Below, in pieces: positions 63,883-64,000 of a stretch of DNA of 64,000 nucleotides (positions within the stretch are counted from its first letter, which is position 1; the number at the start of each line of letters is the position of its first letter). The notes beneath the pieces were generated by a model. That model had not been told where the DNA came from. It saw nothing but the letters and a program-made list of their open reading frames with translations, and did no database searches. This DNA comes from Camelus dromedarius (taxonomy: Eukaryota), in the NCBI RefSeq assembly GCF_036321535.1, contig NC_087437.1, positions 88,228,001-88,292,000 of the forward strand, read 5' to 3'. The translations under genes were made by a program, and so were the position numbers.

Positions 63883-64000
63883 CACTTTTAAATTAAGGCC
63901 TAATATTGAATTTTGTTTCTTCAGCTCACCACTTGAGTCAAAACTTGTGCTTTTAAATTAGTGTAAAATCATTAAAACATTTATTAATTTCGCATCTCCC

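Noticed and set aside
1..64000. CRISPR array, operon or other prokaryote-type system
   Set aside because: The sequence is mammalian intronic/intergenic DNA, with no repeat-spacer array and no long non-transposon ORFs.

Overview
This is AT-rich, repeat-dense mammalian genomic DNA, most likely camelid (Camelus/Vicugna), inferred from three tRNA-derived SINEs that resemble the camelid Vic-1 family. No host protein-coding exon is recognisable. The one clear gene landmark is a CpG island (~25.75-26.45 kb) with an ATG-free, minus-strand first exon ending at a consensus donor (CG|GTGAGT, 26191/26190). Bases 1-26190 are therefore probably intronic in an unidentified minus-strand gene, and 26.5-64 kb is its upstream region. 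The rest is mostly transposon remains: LINE-1s of several ages, L2/MIR, MaLR LTRs, an ERV1-type solo LTR beside the promoter, a degraded ERVL-like pol, and Tigger2/MER63/MER96-like MITEs. The most notable observations are: a very young twin-primed (5'-inverted) L1 with a perfect target-site duplication (TSD) and an open 265-aa ORF2 fragment; a tailless U2 snRNA retropseudogene inside an L1; a TSD-flanked L1 whose 5'UTR is fused directly to mid-ORF2; and a promoter-proximal LTR carrying STAT/AP-1 motifs. I found no convincing undescribed biological system. Repeat family names come from recalled consensus sequences, and boundaries are approximate unless a TSD is given.
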